DNA of 64,000 bases from Octopus vulgaris. Taxonomy: Eukaryota. The position numbers were made by a program, and so were the translations under genes. The notes beneath the pieces were generated by a model. It saw nothing but the letters and a program-made list of their open reading frames with translations. It searched no databases and was not told the origin of the DNA. The stretch is taken from positions 76,322,001 through 76,386,000 of the forward strand of contig OX597821.1 of the NCBI GenBank assembly GCA_951406725.2, given 5' to 3'. The stretch's first letter is position 1; each line of letters starts with the position of its first letter. Below are positions 54,748 through 64,000 of this stretch, one piece after another.

Positions 54748-57730
54748 CTTTTTTTTTTTCTTCTTTCAAATTTTCTTCCATTTCTTGCCGAGTGTCTTCC
54801 CGACTCCTAGGGCAAAGAAACTCATAGTGTATATTGGTAGGCCATTAAACCAAACTCAGTAGTTCGTTCATTTTTTTTTTTTTTTTTTTTTAAAGTTAAA
54901 TTAAAATACATGAGCAGCAACAGTTCTCACATCGACAATGCTCTTCTCAATACGTGTGATGTACCAGTTAAGACAATCTTTTGCACTTCTTGCAGGGATG
55001 GTAAGCCAGGGATCATTCTCATATAATTTTCGGTTCCCTTCTTGATCATTCCTAGTGCTCCTACGATCACTGGTATTGTAACCGCCTTGAGATGCCACAT
55101 TTTCTCAATTTCAATGAGTAGGTCTTTATATTTTCTGAGCTTGTCAAACTCTTTCGCTGAGATATTATGATCACAGGGGATGCTCATGTCGATCAATAAG
55201 CAAACTTTATTGTTTTGGTCTTTCACAACAATATCTGGTTTATTGGCCTTGATGGTTCGGTCTGTATGTACTGGAAAGTCCCACAGAATGGTTACATTTT
55301 CTCCTTCAGTTACAGCCTCAGGGTGGTGATTATACCACTTGTCGGCAGTTTTGATATTGTAATGCCGACTTATTAGCCAGTGGAGATATTGGCCAACTCT
55401 GTCATGTCTTAATTTATACTCCACTGGTGCTAAAACTTTACATCCAGAGATTAGGTGGTCCACTGTTTCAATCATGTCGTTGCAGAATCGGCATTTTGGG
55501 TCTGCTCCATTTTTCATCACATTGGCCTGATAGTTCCGGGTTAATAGGCTTTGATCTTGAGCAGCCAGGATGAAACCTTCGCTCTCTGCTTTTAGCCCTG
55601 AGCTCCGCAGCCACTGATGGGTTTGCTTCTGGTCAACATCAGCTTGTTTGCTGCGGGTCACATATTTGCCGTGCAGAGGTTTCTCCTCCCACCTATCAGC
55701 CAATTGCTCGTGCGCTTTTTTCATTGCCATCATTTTCACCTTCTTTGCAACAATAGTTGCCGTACTTCCCTCGGGTTGTTCAGTTTGGGTATCCTGCACG
55801 AGATCAATAGCAAATTTTTTGCTTTCCTTGATGATAGAATGAAGCTTCTTTCGTCTCTCGTGATTTTCCACGAGCTTTAGCATCCAGTCATTCGATATTT
55901 CGAGATATTTGGCCAGTCCAATTGTGGTTGTTTTGTAAGCTAGTTCAAATTGGATCAGGCCTCGACCTCCTTGGGCTCTGGGAAGGTAAAGGCGATCTAC
56001 GTCTGCCTTTGGGTGGTGCATCCTATTACAACTCAGCAGCTTGCGTATTTTTCTATCTATATTCTTTACTTCACTCATATTCCAGTTCAACACATTGTAG
56101 CTATAAGTAACAACTGGAACTGCTAAGGAATTTATAGCTAACACCTTGTTACGTGCATTTAGTTCAGATTTCAGGACTGCACGAACTCTCCTATAACATT
56201 CCTTCCTGATTTTCTCTTTCATGCTTGCATGCTGAATACCAGAGCCTTCATTTATCCCTAAATATTTGTATGTCTGTTCTTGCTCAAGCTCTCTTATGAC
56301 TGTGTCAACATCTAACACGACTGAATTTGTGGTCTTCACTTTCCCTTTCTGGAAAGTGGCCTTGGCACACTTCTCAAGTCCAAACTCCATCCTGATGTCA
56401 TCGCTGAATGCTTTCACGGTGCGCAATAGGCCTTCAAGTTCATTATTGTCTTTACCATAAAGTTTTAAGTCATCCATATAAAATAGATGGCTTATTTTTT
56501 TATTGGCAATTTTATACCCATACCCTGTTCTGTTTAATTCACTTGTAAGGGGTATTAGGGCTATGCAGAATATTAAAGGTGAAAGTGAGTCACCTTGAAA
56601 AATTCCCCAGTTGATGTTTATATTTTCTGAGGCAAGCACTCCATTAGAGTGGTATAATTGGAGATTCGTATTCCACAACGACATATTGTGCTTCAGGAAG
56701 TTTGAAATCACAGGGGAAATTTTAAAGATGTCCAGCGATCTCAAGATCCATGGATGCGGTATACTGTCGAAGGCCTTTTTATAGTCAATCCATGCGGTGC
56801 TGAGATTTCTGCGCTTGTTGTGACAGTTCTCAAGGATCATACGATTGATTAGCAGTTGATCTTTGCATCCGTAAGAGCCTCGGCGGCACCCTTTTTGTTC
56901 AATGGGGAAAATATCGTTCTTCTCCATGAATGCATATGTTTTCTCCGCCAGGATAGATGTTAGGATTTTATACGTGGTGGATAGACAGGTTATAGGCCGA
57001 TAGTTTTTTGGAAGGTTGGTTTCGTTATTCTTTGGGAGTAGGTAAGTAATGCCACTTGCTAACCATTCAGGTGTTTTCTTTGGGTCTCTCAAAATTCTAT
57101 TGAGCAGCTGAACTAGCTTACCGTGTGCGCACGGGAGCGATGCGAGCCAGAAATTCGGCACCCTATCTTTACCGGGGGATTTCCAATTATGGGCCTTCGT
57201 GAGTGCCTTTCTTAGGTCTGCTATTGTGATGTCTTCCCATGCTTGTTGTTGTAAATTTTGGTAGGATCCTTCAGTTTGTATAATCCAGTCTGCATTTATG
57301 TTGTACGTCTTCTTGTCACTCCAAATCCTTTCCCAAAAGTTTTGAACTTCTTCCATGGGAGGGCGGTCTTTAACGGTTACTTTCTCCTTCCCTATTTCTC
57401 TGTAGAATTTTTTGGCATTGGATGTGAACAGCTTATTTTGCTTGTAAAACTTGTTTCTCTTCTCAAATCTTCGTATTCTTTGGGCTTTTGCTTGGACTTT
57501 TTGTTTCAGCGTTTCTTTTATTTATATCAGTTCTTCTCTTGGTGAGGATCCAAATTTTCTCTTCATCTTTCTTCCTGTTCTGGATCTTACATCATTTCCA
57601 CATATTAGTTCATTTAATATTGATATTTCCCTCTCATAAATTCAATCTCTTTTTCAATTTTACTTCTCCAGGTTTGATTTCTTCCCAGGTTTTGTTTTCT
57701 TTGTTTTTTCGGGGGAAACAGCTGGTTTCA
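54748..57730 (-). mobile_element. 5'-truncated R4/Dong-like non-LTR retrotransposon inserted in (AAT)n
   Basis: Flanked by (ATT)n at 54728-54747 and 57731-57796; carries the 809-aa RT-RLE ORF and a ~180-nt 3'UTR. Homology continues upstream of the ORF through one stop and one frameshift. Confidence 0.9.
54927..57356 (-). CDS. Reverse transcriptase + CCHC zinc knuckle + restriction-like endonuclease (R4/Dong clade), N-terminally incomplete
   Basis: NYRPITCL, WIDYKKAFDS, GIFQGDSLSP, LFYMDDLKLY, CRFC..HLISGC, RHD, KPDIVV..LIDMS, IVGALG motifs. Confidence 0.9.
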   Translation of the reverse strand: MEEVQNFWERIWSDKKTYNINADWIIQTEGSYQNLQQQAWEDITIADLRKALTKAHNWKSPGKDRVPNFWLASLPCAHGKLVQLLNRILRDPKKTPEWLASGITYLLPKNNETNLPKNYRPITCLSTTYKILTSILAEKTYAFMEKNDIFPIEQKGCRRGSYGCKDQLLINRMILENCHNKRRNLSTAWIDYKKAFDSIPHPWILRSLDIFKISPVISNFLKHNMSLWNTNLQLYHSNGVLASENININWGIFQGDSLSPLIFCIALIPLTSELNRTGYGYKIANKKISHLFYMDDLKLYGKDNNELEGLLRTVKAFSDDIRMEFGLEKCAKATFQKGKVKTTNSVVLDVDTVIRELEQEQTYKYLGINEGSGIQHASMKEKIRKECYRRVRAVLKSELNARNKVLAINSLAVPVVTYSYNVLNWNMSEVKNIDRKIRKLLSCNRMHHPKADVDRLYLPRAQGGRGLIQFELAYKTTTIGLAKYLEISNDWMLKLVENHERRKKLHSIIKESKKFAIDLVQDTQTEQPEGSTATIVAKKVKMMAMKKAHEQLADRWEEKPLHGKYVTRSKQADVDQKQTHQWLRSSGLKAESEGFILAAQDQSLLTRNYQANVMKNGADPKCRFCNDMIETVDHLISGCKVLAPVEYKLRHDRVGQYLHWLISRHYNIKTADKWYNHHPEAVTEGENVTILWDFPVHTDRTIKANKPDIVVKDQNNKVCLLIDMSIPCDHNISAKEFDKLRKYKDLLIEIEKMWHLKAVTIPVIVGALGMIKKGTENYMRMIPGLPSLQEVQKIVLTGTSHVLRRALSM

Positions 57731-57800
<70 letters not shown>

Positions 57801-57862
57801 TCACTGTATGGAATCGAACTCGGAATCTTGGTGTTAGTGGCCCGCACTCTTAACCACTACGC
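57731..57862 (-). mobile_element. tRNA-derived head plus (AAT)n of an HHR-bearing SINE (5' half, split by the Dong insertion)
   Basis: Minus strand GCGTAGTGGTTAAGAGTGCGGG (A-box-like) ... GAGTTCGATTCC (B-box) ... CAGTGACCTGAATAAT; the same junction occurs in the copy at 17860-17890. Confidence 0.7.
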
Positions 57863-57864
57863 TT

Positions 57865-60020
57865 GATGAGACAAGTAGCGCCATAGCATCTGCAAATATC
57901 AGCTGACCGGTTCAATATCCACGTAATGTGACACCATCTCCACACCGCCTGTGCATGTCGATCTAGTTCATAAAAATTTTTTTTTTAAAGTGGCGTGACA
58001 ATATGCATCCCTGCCGAAGCCCAAAGCCCAGGTTGAAAGGTTCGACGAAGCACCATCTGAACACAAACAGCTGGGCATTCGTATAGGGACTTCATGACAT
58101 CCAGAAATGGCCATTAATTCCAAACTTTTGCAAAACCCTCCATGGTATTCTCGCGGTATGCCTTCATATGTCTTTTCAAGGTCTACAAAACAAGTGTACA
58201 TCTCTTGGAAATATTATCTAGATTTCCCAAAGATTTGCCTTCGAGTCACTTTCTTGGGAAAGGCTTAACAAGGAGATTATTCCATAATTGAAGCACTATT
58301 TCTTATCTCCCTTTTTAAAAACTGTAATCATCACCCCGGATTGCCATTGCTTTGGTGTCTTTCCGAAGTCCAAGTCTGGTGAGTCAACCAGAGAATCCTT
58401 TCTTTTTTCAGGCTTTTAACACCTCAGGCCGGTTTTCAGCCTCTCTTGCACTCTTGCCTCATTTAAGCGCTTTAATTGCTTCTATACCTTCAACCTCAGT
58501 GAAATTTGTTTTCACCCCTAGATGTACCTTGTGTTCATTAGAAGATTTTATTTGGACTGGATTTGGGAGATCAGCAACGTATTCTCACCACCTCCCAAGA
58601 ATGCTCTTCTCTGTAAAGAGATCACAAACCGAGTTCTTAATGGCAACTGTGGAAAAGGGTTTCTTGTTACGATGTCGGGGGATGGTCCGCTAGAATACTT
58701 TACTGACCATTCTAAAGTCAGAGTCAACCTTAACATCAAAGTCCTCCCATGACTTATCCTTGAACGTTTTTTATTGTCTTTGCGGCAATTTTTCGCGCCT
58801 TGATGCACTGCCTGCGCAAAAAGAGAAATTTGTTTCCAAGATTTGTAAGCCACTCTCTTTGCTCGAGTGACATTTTAAACCTCCTGGTTAAAGCAGGACG
58901 TCGTTCTTTTACCACCTGGCGTCACACTGACTTACATTCATCCACAGTATTATGCAACCGGAGAAGAAACTGTCGAAAAAATTAATCTGCGCTCCATTTC
59001 GAAACCATCAGCTTGTTCAGGAAGATTTCTGACTTTGGATGCCAAAAGGACTGCACAGTTGTTTCTGATTCCATCATTCGCCAAAATTTCCAAGTTTTTC
59101 CTGTAATTCTCACTGAACTTAACTGTTTTCTGAGTTCTCCCTATCGTAGATAGTCTCAGGTTGCAAACAATTAGGTGGTGATCAGTTTATAGCTCCGCCC
59201 CTCTCTTTGCGCGAACGTCCAGTGCAGAATCAAAGAGGTCACAGGTATACTTACATATACTCTGTGTTGGAAAAAAATGTGTTCATAATGGGGAGCCCAT
59301 TTTCGGTACAGAGATCTAATAAAGTCCTTCCATTGGTATTGAGTTCAGGGTCACCATTCCTCCCAGTCAATCCTTTCCACGTCCGGTGATCGATACCAAA
59401 ATGCTCAATGAAATCTCCTGGTAGGACAAATGATGCGGCCATAACTACATCTAAACTTCCAGTGACCTCGTCAAATGATTGGCATTTGATCTCGCTTTTT
59501 GCGATTGGTATTTGATTCGCTACTCGCAGTAGCCCAAGCGCTACCTTCTTCAGCCTAGGGTCAAGCAGACAAATCCTTCCTAATGGGGTCTACTAAATAA
59601 CACAATCTAATAGTCGAAGGCTTGTGCGATTCCCCACTCCCGCATGTATGACATAGTTGACACTACATCTGAAGAGTGGAGTTTCTACCCACATTCAAAT
59701 CTACAGTACCAGAGCCGCTGAACATTGTAGGGGGCAGGGCAGGCCCTAGTGATGCTGGCGCCTCGAGCAAGCTGAACTTCGGCGTGAAGAAGCTGATGGT
59801 CGTGGAAATTTCCTTGTCGTCGTCACGCTTTCCCTGGCACCCCCAAGCACATGGCGCCCCGGGCGACTGCTCCAGTTGTCGGTGCCTTGAGCCGGTTCTG
59901 TAGAGGAGACACTAAGAATATCTAATCTGTAGTACTTGGCTTCCTCGACTTGTTCCTGCTATTTATCCATAAGGGTTGTGACCTTCCAATTCCCAATCCC
60001 TAACGGTTGTTCTCTCATGG
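57865..60020 (-). mobile_element. Degenerate RTE-clade LINE (APE + RT)
   Basis: RLGIGNWKVTTL, TWKGLTGRNG..LNTNGRTLLDLC.ENGL.IMNTFF, YTCFVDLEKTY. Confidence 0.75.
59735..59900. mobile_element. hAT-type MITE nested in the RTE element
   Basis: CAGGGCAGGCCC ... GAGCCGGTTCTG termini, TGGCGCC subterminal motifs, degenerate TSD TAGGGGG/TAGAGGAG. Confidence 0.55.
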
Positions 60021-60195
60021 ACCTGCTTCGGGGTTCTGGACGACGCATCCTTCATGCTCTCACGTCACGTCTTCCCACAACAAGTCGGAGGCTTATTTGC
60101 TGGCTTTGCTAATTAGGTAGAGACTGCAATATATTTTTCGAACTGACATCTCCACATAAAATACGACCGTATCTCTGTTAACGGACGATGCGATG

Positions 60196-60291
60196 TGGTT
60201 GTTCTTTTGAACCCCTTTCTTATTGCAAATTTGGTGGTCTTAGTCACGCCACCAAAACTACAATATGAAAGGGGGTTCAAAAGAACAACCA
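60196..60291. repeat. ~42-bp inverted repeat, 11-nt loop
   Basis: TGGTTGTTCTTTTGAACCCC..TTTGGTGG / CCACCAAA..GGGGTTCAAAAGAACAACCA. Confidence 0.85.
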
Positions 60292-60942
60292 TCCCAGAGC
60301 CAATAGCAAGATACGACTATTTAATTTTCGGTTGAGTATCTCTTATACTGCCTGCTCAACCATCGGTACTCTACTGCACTGGATAAGAAAAGGATAAGAA
60401 AAAAAAGTTATTTTCCAACATTTGAGATAATATTCAACTATATTTTCTTGAGAAATAAATGTGCAACATTTATTCTTAAATGCTGCTCTTTGAATATAAA
60501 TCAAGTTTCTCAACGCTATGGGGGATGATATTTAAACTGGAAAAGGCAGAGAGCAGATAGAATCCATTGGCACGCCAGGCAAAACGCATAGCAGCATTTC
60601 GTCCACCTTTACGTTTTGAGTTTGAATTCCATCGAAGTCCTCTTCGCCTTTCGAGGGCGATAACATAAGTACCAGTGGAGCATTGGGGTCAATGTAATCA
60701 ATCAACTTACACCCCACCGCTACCACCACCACCCTTATACCAAAACTTTGAAACCAACGTTTTGAATGGAAATATGTATCAGTCGTTTATGAATAGTTTA
60801 TAATATACTTGAGGAAAACGATCTGACGAAAACTCTTCTTGTTAAAACTTCTCTCACAATGTTCAGCAACTTGCAGCGGTAAACTGCATCTATTAATGCG
60901 ACCTATTTATGGCCGAAAGAGTTGGGTTTTTTTTCTTCAACG

Positions 60943-61345
60943 TAGGCGCAGGAGTGGCTGTGTGGTAAGTAGCTTGGTTACCCACAACATGGTTCCGGGT
61001 TCATTCCCACTGCGTGGCACCTAGGGCAAGTGTCTTCTACAATAGCCTCAGGTCGACCAAAGCCTTGTGAGTGGACTTGGTAGATGGAAACTGAAAGAAT
61101 ACTGTCGTATATATGTATATACGTATGCGTATGTGTGTGTATATATTTGTGTCTGTGTTTGTCCCCCCAGCATCGCTTGACAACCGATGGTGGTGTGTTT
61201 ACGTCCCCGTAACTTAGTGGTTCGGCAAAATAGACCGATAGAATAAGTACTAAGCTTCCAAAGAATAGGTCCTAGGGTCGATTGCCCGACTAAAGGCGGT
61301 GCTCCAGCATGGCCGCAGTCAAATGACTGAAACAAGTAAAAGAGT
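60943..61345 (+). mobile_element. SINE family C (GTGGCTGTGTGGTAAG head, CORE-like GGGCAAGTG, internal TA/TG microsatellite)
   Basis: Related copies at 21806-22065 (+), 29044-29462, 34131-34485, 36985-37395 (-). Confidence 0.75.
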
Positions 61346-61759
61346 GTAAAAGAGGGCAGTGTCGGTGACCGGATACAAACTGTCGACCCTTTGGTTAGCA
61401 GTCAGGTATCTTATCATTTCAACCAACTGTGGCTCTATAAATATGCAAATTTCACTTCAATTTTACCCGTTTATTATTTTTTTTTTATTGATGTATGCTT
61501 GAAATTCGAAATTGATAAAGGAGATGTGTTCAAAAGCCAGAATTGAAAGGAACTGAAATATAAATGATTAAAGCTCTAATTAAAATTTGAATACAATACA
61601 AGATATAAAAAAAAAATTCACAATAAATTTAATACTTAATGAAAACAACTTTCAGTTTTATTTTTAAGAAATTTTAATTTGTCTTAGAATTTTAATTTAA
61701 TTTGAAAAATTGTTTCCCAAGTTTGAAACGGCCTCTCCAGGTCTGCTTTCTTAGCTCTG

Positions 61760-61932
61760 ACTTTTCCTCTGATTGGAATTCAGAAGTTAATCAGTTAGAG
61801 TTACTTCCCTTATATACGCTCTTCACTTCCCCGTCTTGTAAATATTCACGTTGTGCGTCGTCAATGTTTTGTAATTAAATAATTTTCATCTTAATTAATA
61901 ATCGCACAAAACATTACTAATTATTTACAGCC
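61760..61932 (+). promoter_or_regulatory. Putative UTP11 proximal promoter/5'UTR
   Basis: Non-repetitive, locally CpG-richer sequence directly upstream of the ATG; reverse CCAAT (GATTGG, 61771-61776) and AGAGTTACTTCCCTTATATA motif (61797-61816). Confidence 0.45.
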
Positions 61933-61992
61933 ATGTCGTCGTTTAAAAACGCTCGGAAAAGTGGACAGAAAATGCATAAGGAACGTAGTCAG
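61933..61992 (+). CDS. UTP11: First coding exon of U3 snoRNA-associated protein 11 (SSU processome)
   Basis: CAGCCATG start; translates MSSFKNARKSGQKMHKERSQ, which matches the UTP11 N-terminus (human ..FRKAAKSRQREHRERSQ); phase-0 donor CAG|GTATGT at 61993. Downstream exons were not found in the window. Confidence 0.85.
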
Positions 61993-62899
61993 GTATGTTT
62001 TATTTCGAATTAATCGTCTCTAAACACGTGCTTGTTCCGGACGTTTCTCCTTTCTCTCTAAATCTCAGCTGTTTTAGCAACGAACACTATTTATGGGGCT
62101 TATTTTTGTATTTATTATTTATTTATGAATAAAATTACTCTTCGTAGCATTATAATTAATCAAGAGCCAAGTTTTCTAAGCCTTTGTGATGTCCCTTAGT
62201 TGTAAAAACATCGACTAAAATTAGTGAGAACCAGTTTGCTAAGATCGAAGAAAACTTCTTTTTTTTTAATTAACTGTATCTGTTAATATATAGACTGGTA
62301 AAATATTGATTAAAATTCTTAGTGGTATTTAGTTTTGGCCATTTACGTTCTGAGTTCAAACCCTGCCGATGTAAACTTTGCCTTTCCTACTTTCCAGATC
62401 GATAAAATAAAAACTGTTAGCGGTCATTTTAATCAACTGTACCCTTCTTTCTTAACTTGTGTAGAGTTGTAACTATGTTAGAAACCAATAGTTTTCAACT
62501 TAACTTTATGTATTTTCATTTGGTAAAGCGCACAAATAAATCCAGGCCGTACAACGCTCTTGAGATGCGATAGAATAAGGACCCGTTATATATTTGGGTG
62601 GTTACTCCATCATACCTTTGTCCTATAATTGAGGACTTAGCCAAAGCTGTAAATAACGTTATCTGGACTAATTTGTCCCAGATGGGTTCCGGATTGATTA
62701 GACAAAAAAGCAATAAACATCACAACTCTCAGAACACCTGAAATCATTGGACTGAACATCTGTTGAATGTAACTGATATGAATATTTATAAAGGCCCTAC
62801 AGGTTATAGATCTGTAACTGAGGGCATACATTAAAAAAGGTCACCAGACCTGACAATATCACTCAATATTTCACCCCAGAACTTGCTCCTCCACTCACT

Positions 62900-63480
62900 A
62901 AACATTTTAATTTCGTATTCTCTACAGAAATTTACCCAGATAATTTGGAAGCATGTTTTACTGTGTCCTATTCCAAAGAAAGGCAACACCTCACATCTCT
63001 TGCCCCATCTGGCTTTCATTCTTTTATTCTATTCTTACTTCTGACATCTCTAACATCATTAACAAGGTTTTCCAACAGCTTTATCTCCTCACTTGACTAC
63101 CTGTATATCTTCTGTCAAACCAGATTCACAGGGGATCTGTACTCTCAAATCTCTCACCATAGAGATGTTAAGTGAAAGCAGTGTTGTCCGAGACATCAGC
63201 AAAGTCTTTGACCGTGTGTGGTTTGCAAATCTCATAGCAAAGCTTCCTGCCTGTGAGCTTCACATGTCTTTCGTCCCTTGCATTGGTAGCTTCCTATCAG
63301 ATCACACTGTTGCTGTATGTGATGATGGAACCATCCAGCCTATGCCAACATGGAAATTTGTTATTAAACTGCAGGGGCCAGAAAATATTTCAGCCCCAGC
63401 TCAACAAGGCTCAAGTGAGGCCCACAATAGTCTACTTCTCATTTACTTACCTGTCCATCTACCTACTTGATGTTGCTTAC
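62900..63480 (+). mobile_element. Degenerate CR1/Jockey-group RT fragment in UTP11 intron 1
   Basis: DISKVFDRVW..LIAKL..I.SFLSD..V.V..DG. Confidence 0.6.
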
Positions 63481-64000
63481 ACTGTCTGAAATTTAATGCA
63501 AAACATTAAAAGAAGAAAAGGTCCACTTAATTTTGGGTGAAGATAAAGATGTGAAGTTTCTACTGGCCCTTTGATTTATGGATCTCTGCAGTGGATTCCA
63601 AGCTTTCACTTAGGTTTAGATTCTGGGGACAGGAACTAATACAAGCCAATAAGATAGCCAGCATCTACTTGCAGATGTTTGTTCTGAGCTTATTTGCTGA
63701 CAGTTAAAAGAAGCAGCCAAATCAATCTCAAACCACACCCTACTATTTTAATGAAGAATGCATTGGATTATATTGTTGTGAGTACTCAATATCTTAAAAA
63801 GAGATGAAATAGTCTTGGCTGGAATGGGCAATTTTATTTTCCTCTGATAAAAATATTATTTTAAGCAACTAACCATTTGTGCACACATTAATTTTGTTTC
63901 TATAGTATTATTTGAGCGAGGTCGTTGCCAGTGCCGCTAGACTGGCTCCTGTGCAGGTGGCATGTAAAAAACACCACTTGAGCGTGGCCATTGCCAGAAC

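Noticed and set aside
57797-57862. Functional tRNA gene (also 36715-36790)
   Set aside because: No complete acceptor stem or Pol III terminator; continues into repeat bodies, so these are SINE heads.

Overview
AT-rich eukaryotic DNA dominated by repeats. The microsatellite density and SINE families strongly suggest an octopod cephalopod (Octopus-like); this is inferred, not proven. Almost all ORFs in the track are microsatellite artefacts. Only one host coding exon is recognisable: exon 1 of UTP11 at 61933-61992 (+). The rest is microsatellites plus many transposon families: R4/Dong-like RLE LINEs in (AAT)n tracts (one with an intact 809-aa RT-CCHC-RLE frame), a Neptune-type Penelope-like element (PLE) and other PLE remnants, Tx1/L1-, RTE-, CR1- and HERO-like fragments, Tc1/Tc3, Chapaev-like and hAT elements, a non-autonomous Helitron, and three abundant tRNA-derived SINE families. 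The most notable hidden signal is RNA-structural. Minimal hammerhead-ribozyme (HHR) motifs occur in several unrelated repeat families. One is a tRNA-headed (Pol III) / (AAT)n / HHR non-autonomous element with a Penelope-like inverted-tail insertion, whose (AAT)n spacer has itself been targeted by a Dong LINE. Another is a PLE terminal-repeat HHR with a consistent CUGUNGA (A6U) core. All family calls come from motif recognition by eye, and boundaries of degenerate elements are approximate.
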